This document shows positions 15,149 to 25,890 of a DNA stretch of 64,000 bases, in pieces. The notes below the pieces were generated by a model that made no database searches, was not told where the DNA came from, and was given only the letters and a program-made list of their open reading frames with translations. Position 1 is the first letter of the stretch. The number at the start of each line of letters is the position of its first letter. The stretch lies in assembly GCA_000320545.1 (NCBI GenBank), contig ADNK01003464.1:35503-99502 (forward strand). The letters run 5' to 3'. The stretch is from Bigelowiella natans CCMP2755 (lineage: Eukaryota > Protista > Cercozoa). The position numbers and the translations under genes were made by a program.

Positions 15149-15184
<36 letters not shown>

Positions 15185-15582
15185 GAGTTGTTTATTGTTG
15201 TTTAGTGCATGATCCTAAACAAGTAGATTATGATGCCCCTCCTCACAATGATCATCCTACTACAAGACCTACCTGGGCTATATGTACAGGGTTGCAGAAG
15301 GACTCAATTACACCTGTTATCATACAACATTCAAGCAGTATCATGCGGTGCTTTGTGCTGTTAGTACTGTGATTAGAAGTACCTGAGAAACCCGACTTAT
15401 ACTCCGCACTTCCAACAAATTGCTCGATGATAAAACGAAGGCCTAGAGATAATACATGACAACCAAGGGTGGATTGTACAGAGTAGAAGAAGAATAACAC
15501 ATAAGAAGGTGACATTCTCTTTAACGACGTCGTTTAAAATAGAAGTTGTGGTGGCTTGAGAAGTCTAACGAGAGGAGATGTA

Positions 15583-15622
<40 letters not shown>

Positions 15623-16989
15623 TACGATACGATATGGGAGTGTCGTGACTTGAAGTGATTCTGCTGCTATTGGTGTAGAACGAAGGAATGCAAGTAGAGG
15701 CAATCGTAGTAGTTGTAGTAGAAGGAAGTCGTGTGTTTGCTTAAGTTGCAATACCAATGCGTGCTGTGAAGAACCTAACTAGAACTAAATCAACTAATCT
15801 GCGAAAGTCCTCGATTTCCTCCTTGCTTATGCTTCTTTTGGCCTGTGATGATAGTGATATAAGTAGAATCATTGGTGGTGGTGGGATTTAATTATCGTTG
15901 TTTGGGTGATGATTTTGCATCATGCTGCTGCTACTACTACTATTACTTGTATGACTCCCAACGCCATTGTCTGAACGACTTCTGTGTTGTCCTGTCAATA
16001 GTAGATATTCACTCGATCAGTATATATTTACTCACAATTAACATAAAGAAGAACAAAAAAGAAGAATAAGAACAAGATGTTGATCATTGTGGATGTGTAT
16101 GTAATAATCACAGCACCAACAGTGTATTATGAGCGACAGCAGCAGCATAGTTGTTCTATTCAGGTGGACAACAAACAAGTGAGTTGAAGATTATTAAAAT
16201 GCTACAACCCACCTGGAGAAGATACTTCATATATCTTTGAAACATCTGGTGGATGGATGTGGTACGTAGTAGTAGTAGTAGTAGTAGCAGTAGTAACAAA
16301 AGATAGGAAGTAGGAGGAGGAAGAATCATAGGGTTGTCAAGAACCATATTACAATGATGATAATATCAAGCGATGATGCTGCACGACTATGCATTCGAAT
16401 CAGGATAATGAAATGATAAATAATGAAGAACAACCATCGTTTGTAGAACAGAAGCAACAGCAATGAGTGACTAACTAACAAACTACTTGAAAGCAGAACG
16501 TATGATGTATGATGTATTATTACATCGACTTGATCATCCGTTGATGGAGGGTCCATAGTGAGCAGATCCAACACATATGAAGTGTAGTTATCTATAACCT
16601 CTCGGACACCGTGACTGTGTGTTATATATACTACAATTCTCAGTAAAAATAATCCGTATATGAGCAACACAAATCATGGGTGAGTGTTAATGGAAAAGTG
16701 CAAGATGGAGAGCGATATCGGTAACAACTTAATGGTAGTACAGGTGCTTGCTACTCTCCTAGTTTAACAACCACGTTATTGATCCATCCCACCTTTCGGA
16801 TAAGCGAAATGGTAAGCATCGTAGCTCCATAACACGCTGTGACACTCTGATAGGAACTTCTCTATGCAAAAACTGTGCGTGGTGTAATCTAAGAGAAGGA
16901 TCTTGGCCGAATCTATATAACTCCTATTAAATCATTGCGGGAAAAGTAATAGGAAGTAAGCAGAGACAGGCCCCTTTCTTACGGTGAAA

Positions 16990-17022
<33 letters not shown>

Positions 17023-17530
17023 GAGTTGTGGGGCTACAAAGCAGCAGCCAATCCCATTTGAATAACTACGTGAATCATCTAATGAGACAAGAGTAGTACG
17101 GTGTCGTCGTCGTCGTTGTTGTTGTTGTTGTTCCAACTACTACCTTGAGAGATACTGGGGTAGCTTTCTTGGTAGCCTGAAACAAGTAAATATATTCATA
17201 GTATGTCTTTAACTTATGTATTATATTTGTGCTAGCACGAGTTGTCTGTGTGTTGTCAGTGTGTTGTCTGTGTGTTGGATGAGTGCAGATGCAAGGCAAC
17301 CTCCTGCACCTTATTTACTACAAAGACTGCATCGTGAAATATCAGCAACAACCCACCAGCGCACCCAGAATGACATCAACATTCTTTGACAAAGCTTTTC
17401 TCCTTATTACAGATGATGCGTGGGATGCATTTGGAACGAGACGCTCTAGCCATGTCCGCATCTGTTGTGTATCATTCGAAAGCAGCAAATGTTTGTTGTG
17501 CTTTTGAACCCTGTTGCTGGAAGTAACCAT
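12652..17530 (-). CDS. PDK: Mitochondrial pyruvate dehydrogenase kinase / BCKD kinase family protein (many small exons)
   Basis: Exons encode FLHREVPIRVSQRVMELRCLP, RFFTARI|GLRFIIEQ, HLHYMLTEILKNSMRATVE (N-box), ITIKVIDEGGGIPRS (G1), LAGYGVGLPLSRLFARYFGG (G2) and LSSMEGFGTDAYLHIPRL (G3). TGA at 12652-12654. Confidence 0.93.
13411..13507. repeat. ~48-bp tandem duplication spanning a PDK exon/intron junction
   Basis: ctatttctctctactatttattacctccaaagtatctagc(t/a)aatagt occurs twice. Confidence 0.9.
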
Positions 17531-18329
17531 ACGATGATAATGTATCGTGTGGATAGAGAGTGAAAAATGGATTCTTTCTGAATGTATATTGTAGGAACTG
17601 AACGAATACATTCATGTTTGCATTGGTTTCAACTGAATTCTATTACCGCCATGTTCATATGGGACATCGGCATGATTTCCGTAGTGTAGCAGCAGGTTCT
17701 GCAAGGGTCTTGTTCGACAAATGAAAAGGATTTATTCCCACGCGCAAGGTAATAAGTGGGGTGGGGGGACAAATTACCGACGGAAGAGCGGATGAAGGGT
17801 GTGCCACCGGATTGCACCTCAGCCGAATTAACTTAACTTTAACCGCTGCCGAGAAACTAAAAACTCAGGATTTATACGCGAAAAATATTTCCCAAGAGAA
17901 AGCGATGTGAATAGCAGGGTATGCAATAAGAGCGACAACAATTGATTCTTGTCGCTGTGAGGTCAATCTTCACTGAAATCCAGGAATACACGAGAAACAT
18001 CCCACGAGAGTGTGCATGGGGTAGGAATTCCTACGAGTGTTAAAATGGTAGTTGGGTAGTTGTTGTTGGACCTAGTACTGGCAATCTTGTCTCCTTTCAT
18101 CGTTGGACCGGCAATGATAATAAACACTTACAACACATACAACAAAAAACTTTACTCCTCTCCTTCTCGAAAGATGATCTGACCATTTTTGCCAGTGCCA
18201 TCCATTCTACATACAGACATCACACTCTGGTTGTCGCAGTAGGAAAATCCTATGCGCACATGTTTCCTTTCGTTTTCTTTCTTTTTCTTCTGCATCTTTT
18301 GCTTTTTGTTCTACTTCTTTTGGTTTAAT

Positions 18330-18336
18330 TGTTTCT

Positions 18337-18368
<32 letters not shown>

Positions 18369-19200
18369 TCCGCCGTTTTCACTGGCGACAGGAGTCGTTG
18401 AGACAAATTGGCGACCTTTCGGTTTGGAAACGCCAGGAAGGAACGCACTCGATCAACATTGTTTTTTGTTTTTCCGGCGTGCACCATGCACCACTGGAAT
18501 CAATTTGTTCGCGCAAAGCTTTGGAAACGCAGTCGATAAATGGAGTCTTTCTGTTTTTCTTGCTTTGACTGGTTCACTTGCCGGTGTGCGCAACTTGCAG
18601 CAAGATCCAGAGACGACACGCACAGACACACACACACACACGCACGCACAGTGCACAGTTGCACACGGTTCCTCACGTGCTTCAAATGAATCATGTTAGC
18701 TCGTCGTGTGCGATCACATGGCTGGATCACGTTGCGTGCGTGCTAGCGTGACGAACTAGCGAAGCGGGCTCAGTCTGGACCGATGGAGGGTGTTTTTTCG
18801 CACTCTCATCCAGCAACGCGTCGTGTGAATCTGGCTACGTTTCTGTGATGACTGTGTGATGGACACAGCAATGGTGTGTTGCATGTCCATCATCTGTGTG
18901 GTTTTGAGGTTCGCACATGCAACAATCCTGGAATTCACAAAGGTCATGGACACATGATGCAGTCATGCGCGCCATGCAGGTACAACTGACTGTCAGCTCT
19001 AGAGCGTGATCGACGCACGCCGCATGCGCATGCACATGCATGCAACACGAAGGTCTCATGATCCAGATGGACCGACTCACAGCTCTAGCTAGAGCTCACA
19101 CTTGTTCATCCATGACACAGTTTGAGCACACTTCAAAATCACAGCGAAATGAATCGTGGCACCTAGCAATCTTAAGGATGGCTAGATGGGTGCGTACAAA
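18330..19200. other. TpA-depleted intergenic zone (3' of PQ-loop gene)
   Basis: About 13 TA in ~870 bp, 7 of them CTAG; rich in TGCA/CATG/CACG. Confidence 0.85.
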
Positions 19201-19231
19201 TGGTGCATCTATTCGACAAAGACTAATGCCA

Positions 19232-20029
19232 TCAAGGTTTTTCTTTCCGCATACCAGCAGCACCTTTGTCATTGCCGTCATCTTGATTCTCTTTAAAGAC
19301 TTGTGCGCTGTCCCCAATAAGCACTCCTGTTAGAGAACGCCTACGCACTATTATACCATAATACCTAAAATGTAGCAAGATAGGGGTGGAGAAAGTAGCA
19401 ATGACAAAATGCCGTAAGTAAACATTAAAAGCATTCAATCATCATAATATTCAGTCAAATCCTGTAAGCCAGATAAAAGGACATAGACATCCACGGTGCA
19501 AATAACTTCATCAGGCGTATTACTTCTTATACCCTGGTCATCATTATTGTAACAACAAAATCTTCACCCACCATCCGCCGCTGTTCATTCGCCATAATTC
19601 TTAGTATTATTTTCTAGTACAGTATCTGAAGCAAGAGCCCTCCGTTGAGAAATAGCGCTGTCATATAGTTTATTAACAAAAGAAAATCGCCCCCCGCTAG
19701 CCTAAAACACATTACGAGAAGCTAATTAAATCCAAAGAAGGGCGATGATTCAAGTCCATAATACAGTATGTAAATAGCGATTATACGAATGGAGTAGTCA
19801 TGAATGGATATGATGCCCACTCACTGAGAAGTGGTAAATAGTCGAATTAAGCATCCACCACACGATAGTGCTGCAGTAATAGGAGAGTATCCTCCAGGGT
19901 CCTTTCGAAGAAAGTTCTGCTTTAGCTGTTATATCAAGACCAAGCAACAGATAAGGCGTCGTTATCTTCGAGCAATCACCTCTTGCATAGAAACCTCAAT
20001 ATTTTACCCAGAAAATATGGATGTGTGGA

Positions 20030-20074
<45 letters not shown>

Positions 20075-20099
20075 GATAAATGAAGAGCGCGGGCGCGCA

Positions 20100-20136
<37 letters not shown>

Positions 20137-21765
20137 ATGTTGAACGATTGTTAACCTGAGGAAGCACGGCCAAACTTGCAACTAAAGACGCTGCAGCTTG
20201 CCCAAAAGCTATTGCACTTTGAGGAGCTGTTGTTAAGGCCCAAGTTGTCATCACCGCATAGACCGCTGCGAGACTTGCAAACCTGTCAAAGTAGTTTACC
20301 ATCATAGTTATGTCTTTTTGTTGTTCTTGGTGCGCAGCAGAACTATTTATTATTAATCTGTTTCCATTATTTTGAACCAGCAATGGTTAAATGCCTGACT
20401 GTGTTGTGAAAAGCTGGTTTTTCCGAATCGAAACAAGCCCGACCAAAACCGCAGCCTGTCCTGTAATAATTACAGTCTCGATGTACTGGGACAACGGAAA
20501 TCCTATGGTCAAGTAAATCACGAAGAAGAGAGAACGTTGTCAATGCAACCATAGTAGTAGGAAAATGATAATATTACAACAGCAAAAAAAGGGTCTTCAT
20601 ACGGAGGGGGTTATTACCTTTGGTGAAGCAGTAAACATTGGATGCTGTATATGCAGCCAATTTTAACCACCAGGTAGCCAGAGTCAAGCCTTTCGCCACA
20701 TTCTCTCCCTGTGGAGAATCGTTATGAAATGATAAGATCGGGTAATGAGAGTTAACAAAATGTTGGGTGCCCTTGTCTGCCCCTCCAACCTCTCTTCCAC
20801 TCCCCTCATTTGCAGGAGATTCGAAAATTCATGAATTCCAGCAAAAGAGTGATAGAGTGAATTAGAGAGTACATCACCACCTTGCCAGACACTAGACTGA
20901 GAATAATTGGGGTATAAAGAAGCAGCGATCCTGCGCCGACTACATAGCCCAGGGCTCGTGCTAATAGCGTGAGATCGATTTGAGAGACGATGTTGCTTAG
21001 CATCACCGTTGTAGTGTCGAGACCACCAAAACCACTACTTCTTACGCAAGTTGATGATAATAGTTTCTGCTGTCCTCCATAAAGACTAAAACCATATCTT
21101 TGTCTGACGATACTACGTTGTTGTCTTCGTTGAGTTCTTCGTCTGCTGGTTCTCTGCTGCAACAGCAAGCCCCGATGGGCGAACAACGAAGAAGAATATG
21201 AACAAGAATAATAATAAGAATCATGGCAGACTGGACTAACACAGCTTCCCCACGAAGATGATGAGAGAGAAGAAGATCTGTGCTGGTGGATACTGCTGCT
21301 TGTGGTGGTGGTGGCGGAGGTGGTTGCACCGCGCTTGAAAGTAGTTGAATGCGTATCGGCAGCAGCAAAGCCTTCTTCACCACTAGTTAGTAGCCCTTGG
21401 GGATCTGTAGGAGAGGGGTGTTTCTGGTGGCAGATAGAATTCTGGAAACATTGCCTTCCAGTACAAATACGCTCATCTGGAGTGTATGGAGCAGCTACTC
21501 GAACCGATGAGAAAGAAGAAGGGAAGGCGACACATCGCGACGATGAAGATAGGTGGCTGCTGAAGGGCGACGACGCTATGCTGAGTCCGCCATTCAAAGC
21601 TAGAGGAGATGCTACTGACAGGCTCATTGCTGTCGCTGCAGCCATAGACGTTAGCTGGGTATGGACTTTGGTAAGTGCTAGAGTGGGGTATAAAAGTGTA
21701 CGAGCGGGGAGAGGGGGGGTTCGCAAGTGTCTATGTTTATGGTTGATGTTTTCGGGATGTTTCAT
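19232..21765 (-). CDS. PQ-loop / MPDU1 (Lec35)-like membrane protein with long Ser-rich N-terminal organellar-type leader
   Basis: LARALGYVVGAGSLLLYTPIILSLV, AKGLTLATWWLKLAAYTASNVYC and AASLVASLAVLPQ resemble PQ-loop repeats. The first ~250 aa are Ser/Thr-rich. Start at 21645 or 21765. Confidence 0.75.
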
Positions 21766-22100
21766 TGTCTAACATTTAATTTGTAATTTAAATTATTATT
21801 AAGATGTTCTCAGCACATATTTCTTCCTAAATAGTTCGCATGAGAACTTCAGACAAGCGCTTTTTCCAAACTCCACATCTTTGCACGTACCCCCCCCTTT
21901 CCTTAAGGGAGAAAAAATAAAAGCTCTAGAATCCACCTTCAAGCTTAAGGAAAACTTTCCATATTTTATCATATACTATATCGGGCACCCATTAGTTAAA
22001 CTGAAAACCTACTCCGACACGTTGTGGCGGCCCAGCTTCACATTCAACTTCTGCTCTCTCCCTTCTTGTTAAAGAGCAAAAGCTGCCGCAAGCAATCACC

Positions 22101-23354
22101 ATGAAGCATTTGTTGTTATTTGCAGTGGCTTTGTGTCCTCCCTTCGTCGTTACTACTACTCCAGCGAAAACTCCTCCTCCTGGGAGGAAACCGGCGGCAG
22201 CACCGGCCGACACAACAGCGATGAGCTCTCACTCGACTCCAGATGCATTCAATGCAAGTTACAGCAGCAACAATTACAAATACCAAATGGATCGATATCG
22301 AAATGGGAATGAGGTACCAGTACCGATCATCATCGACACGGATATGTCAATCGACTGCGACGATGTGGGAGCTTTGTGCATTGCCCATGCTTTGATGGAC
22401 TTGGGAAAGGCGAAGATATTGGCAGTAGTTCATGATGTAGGCATTCCAGATGGAATCGGCGCTGTTTCTGTCATCAATCACTACTATGGTCGCGACGATA
22501 TTCCTCTTGGTGCTTTTAAAGGAAATTTTGGAAGAGTATACCCCCATCATTATGTAAAAAATCTTGTTAAGAACTTCCCATCACCAATCAAGAACTATTC
22601 TCAAGTACCCGAAGCTGTCACAACTTATAGAACAGTATTGTCGCAAGTTGATGATTTATCGGTGACTATAGCTTCCATTGGTGACCTCACAAATCTAGAA
22701 AATCTCCTCAAGTCAAAGGCAGATGACATATCCCCCCTCTCCGGAGTCGAGTTGGTTAGCAAAACGGTAAAGAGAATAGTGATTATGGGCGGCAAGTACC
22801 CTAGCTCTTACACTTGGCCATTGCCAGAATGGAATTTTGGAGGGGTTGGTTTAGCAAAATGTGATGATAGTGGTTATAAGTGCCCCTCAGCGAGCGCAAA
22901 TTACACCATTGGCCACATACCTGACACGGTGGAGTTAATATTCACAGGCTATGAGGTCGGCAAACGGATAACTTCTGGTGCTAAAATGTCCACATGCTTA
23001 GCAGAGAGCAATCCCTGCAGACAAGCATACATTGACCGCGAAGGCTTCAATAACTCTCGATTTTCCTGGGACCCGAGTGCGATTCTTGATGCAGTTTTGG
23101 GGATTCCGGAGGATCTATATCAACTAGTTGGACATGGCGGCCGAAATGAAATTGACATCAAAACCGGTAACAACCAATGGATTAACAGTTCTACAGAGCC
23201 TGGAGGTGTAGTAGCAGCAGTGAAGATAAAGACTCCAAATGAACGATATCTTTACCTTAAGAACCAAGCCGCTGGCGAGTCGATCGGTGAAATGATCGAT
23301 GAGCTGCTTTGTAAGCCACGAAACTCAACACATCTAGGTACTTCAGAAGTCTAG
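22101..23354 (+). CDS. Inosine/uridine-preferring nucleoside hydrolase family protein, signal peptide, intronless
   Basis: 417-aa single ORF with PIIIDTDMSIDCDDVGAL (Ca-binding Asp motif), TIASIGDLTNL, IVIMGG..PEWNF and SWDP. Hydrophobic N-terminus MKHLLLFAVALCPPFVV. Confidence 0.93.
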   Translation: MKHLLLFAVALCPPFVVTTTPAKTPPPGRKPAAAPADTTAMSSHSTPDAFNASYSSNNYKYQMDRYRNGNEVPVPIIIDTDMSIDCDDVGALCIAHALMDLGKAKILAVVHDVGIPDGIGAVSVINHYYGRDDIPLGAFKGNFGRVYPHHYVKNLVKNFPSPIKNYSQVPEAVTTYRTVLSQVDDLSVTIASIGDLTNLENLLKSKADDISPLSGVELVSKTVKRIVIMGGKYPSSYTWPLPEWNFGGVGLAKCDDSGYKCPSASANYTIGHIPDTVELIFTGYEVGKRITSGAKMSTCLAESNPCRQAYIDREGFNNSRFSWDPSAILDAVLGIPEDLYQLVGHGGRNEIDIKTGNNQWINSSTEPGGVVAAVKIKTPNERYLYLKNQAAGESIGEMIDELLCKPRNSTHLGTSEV

Positions 23355-23359
23355 TAGAT

Positions 23360-24260
23360 GATGATGCGTCAGTTGGTTGGGATGACCATTGTGGCATTGT
23401 GAAAGGTTTGATCACACCACTCGAGCATTCATCACATTCGTCGTCTTCCAATCACAGCTTGCTAGCTTGTATGTCTGGACGTGCACATGCGAAATCGTGT
23501 GCATGCGCTCGCAAATCATCATCAAATTGCACAGTTGGAGGTTCGAAAGTCAAGAGAAACAGTTCCAAGTGAAATTGCAATTTCATTTTGCAACATCTAG
23601 ACATTGCTAAATTGCGCTGCTTGAATGTGTGAGCATGAGTGTGACAAAGTGCAAGTGCAGCGCATGCGAGCTAGCAAGCTGCGAGATGCGCGGCGCTGAT
23701 GTTGCAATGATGTCAGAGCAATTTGAATTCTGCTGTGTTTCTTTTGCACATTGTTCTGATGTTGCATGCGCGCGTGCAAGTTGCGCATTCGCGAAGTTCT
23801 TTAAACCTCCCAGAAGGTTCCCGAAGATTCGCGAACCTTCCAAGAAGTTCGCAGATCGAACTTCTGCGCATGCATGCGCTAAGTTGCAAAGTGCAGGCGG
23901 CCCTTGCATGAGCGACCACGCCACGTGAGCATGAAACACATCGCAGCACAGTGGAGACCAACGTACAGATTCAACACGTCACCAGCGGTGTAGCCGCTCT
24001 AGCGCTGCATTGCACAGCTACATGAGGATGTCCATTGCTAGATTGAACAAATTTGATTGATTCATCACATCCGTCTTGCAAGCTAGCAAGCAAAAGTGCC
24101 GTCAAGCATCGCACCATGGCACCTGTTGCACGTTCATGCATGGCCAGATTCAGATGTTGCATGCAAATGAGCTGCGCGCGTCATTCGCTATAGTCGTTTT
24201 CTTTCAGCAGTGCAAGCGCACACAGCAATCGAATCTACTCGAAATGCCACCATCAACGTC
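23360..24260. other. TpA-depleted intergenic zone between convergent hydrolase and ankyrin genes
   Basis: Few TA, mostly in CTAG/CTAA/GTAG; abundant TGCA/GCATGC. Confidence 0.85.
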
Positions 24261-24620
24261 GTTTCATTAATGCATCGGCGGATATACGGATGCCAATACC
24301 CCTTGATCGAGTGCAACGTGGATGGACGTATATGGACTATATAGTCCCTATATGGAACTGTGTGTGTTGGCAAGGCGGCAATCTGCTACAAGCTGGGCTT
24401 GTTGTGCGTGCGTGCATGAATGTGAAATACGGTGTAGAGGAGATCATCAGTTGTTCCAATGATCAACGTCCATTTGAACATCAACGACAATGGAGAATGT
24501 GCATGAGTGAAAGCTTTAGCATTTTCTCACAACGATAGAGAAGGATGGTTTTCAACCTAGTATCCATGGGTGTGATGTTTCATGCTTGCACAGTTGATTG
24601 GCAACACAAAAATGTCAAGA

Positions 24621-25588
24621 TTAGTCTGAATATTCTTCACTGTCATCGACCAGTTCGTAGACTTTATCGTACACCATTTTGGCAAATTCATGCTTTGCTC
24701 CGGCAGCAATAGATAGAGCTGTTTTTGGGAAGTGGCCAACGCAAGATGTCTGATGAATAGGTAACTTATAATAAGAATGTGAAACATAGGCGCAGCTGGG
24801 TACCTTAGTTTGAAGGTTGACGTCTGCTTTTTGTTCTAAGAGATATAAGCTTATACTTGGATATCCATATTCACAAGCATACATTAATGCTGTCCAGCCA
24901 TTCTAAGAAAAGAACAAAGTAAGCACATATGTAACGTATTTCACACGTTGGATTGCAGACGACCTTGGCTTGAATATCTATATTTGCCTTGGCTTCATGT
25001 AATATTTTCACACATTCTCCTCTGTTTGCAGCTGAGGCACACATAAGGGCCGACCTACCAATCTAATGTGAAGGTAACGGTCTTCAGATGTACAGCAATG
25101 ACACAATTAGAAATGCATATTGTCAATACATTGTTCACGGTGTTTATGTTGCCCTTCGCCTTAAGAAGCTCTAAGAGACATTCCTTGTGGCCAGATGTAG
25201 CTGCTAGCATCACGCAATCTGCCCCGCTCTATAGAATTCATAACGTTAGTGGGGATAGTAGGAGCAAAAATAGAGCTGCAGAACCTTATCAATGAGATTG
25301 ATATCCGACTTTTCCTCCAGGAGTGACTTATATGTTTCGATTTTACCGTATATTGAGGCTTTCATAATCGCGCTTAGTCCATCCTTTCAAAGTATTTTTC
25401 TAAATCACAACGTTCGGCAACGGTGGATGCAAAACAGGTCGCACCTTATCCTGCCAGTTGACATCTGCGCCTTCTCGGAGCCATTTAAAAAGTAGCTTCA
25501 TATCCCCATCTGCTGCAGCTGCAATTAAGTCTCTTGCAAGATCATGCACAGTTCGGATGCTCGACGTAAGCAGCTCCCTTAATTTCAT
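24621..25588 (-). CDS. Ankyrin-repeat protein (short introns)
   Basis: LIAAAADGDMKLLFKWLREGADVNWQDK, GLSAIMKASIYGK, SALMCASAANRGECVKILHEAKANIDIQAK, GWTALMYACEYGYPSISLYLLEQKADVNLQTK. Confidence 0.9.
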
Positions 25589-25890
25589 AATGATGACGAA
25601 ACACCTTCTATTAGAATCAAACTTTCCTTTCCATTTGAAAGGAATAGACCTGTCATTCAGCTTTCTACCTCCCTCGCCTTTCTTGCCCCAATGGTTCATC
25701 CTTGAGTGGTGGCAGCTGTGCGAACGAGTGATGTATGGAGAAGTCGGTTTCTACAGTAGTTTCCGGAAACGATTAGATTTGTAGTAGTAGTAGATCTAGT
25801 GGGTTAAAAATGAACGCATGAAAACCAAAGTGCTAATCGGCGGTTCAATTGCTTTCCGAAAGAAAATGAGAAAATGGGAAGAACAAAATA

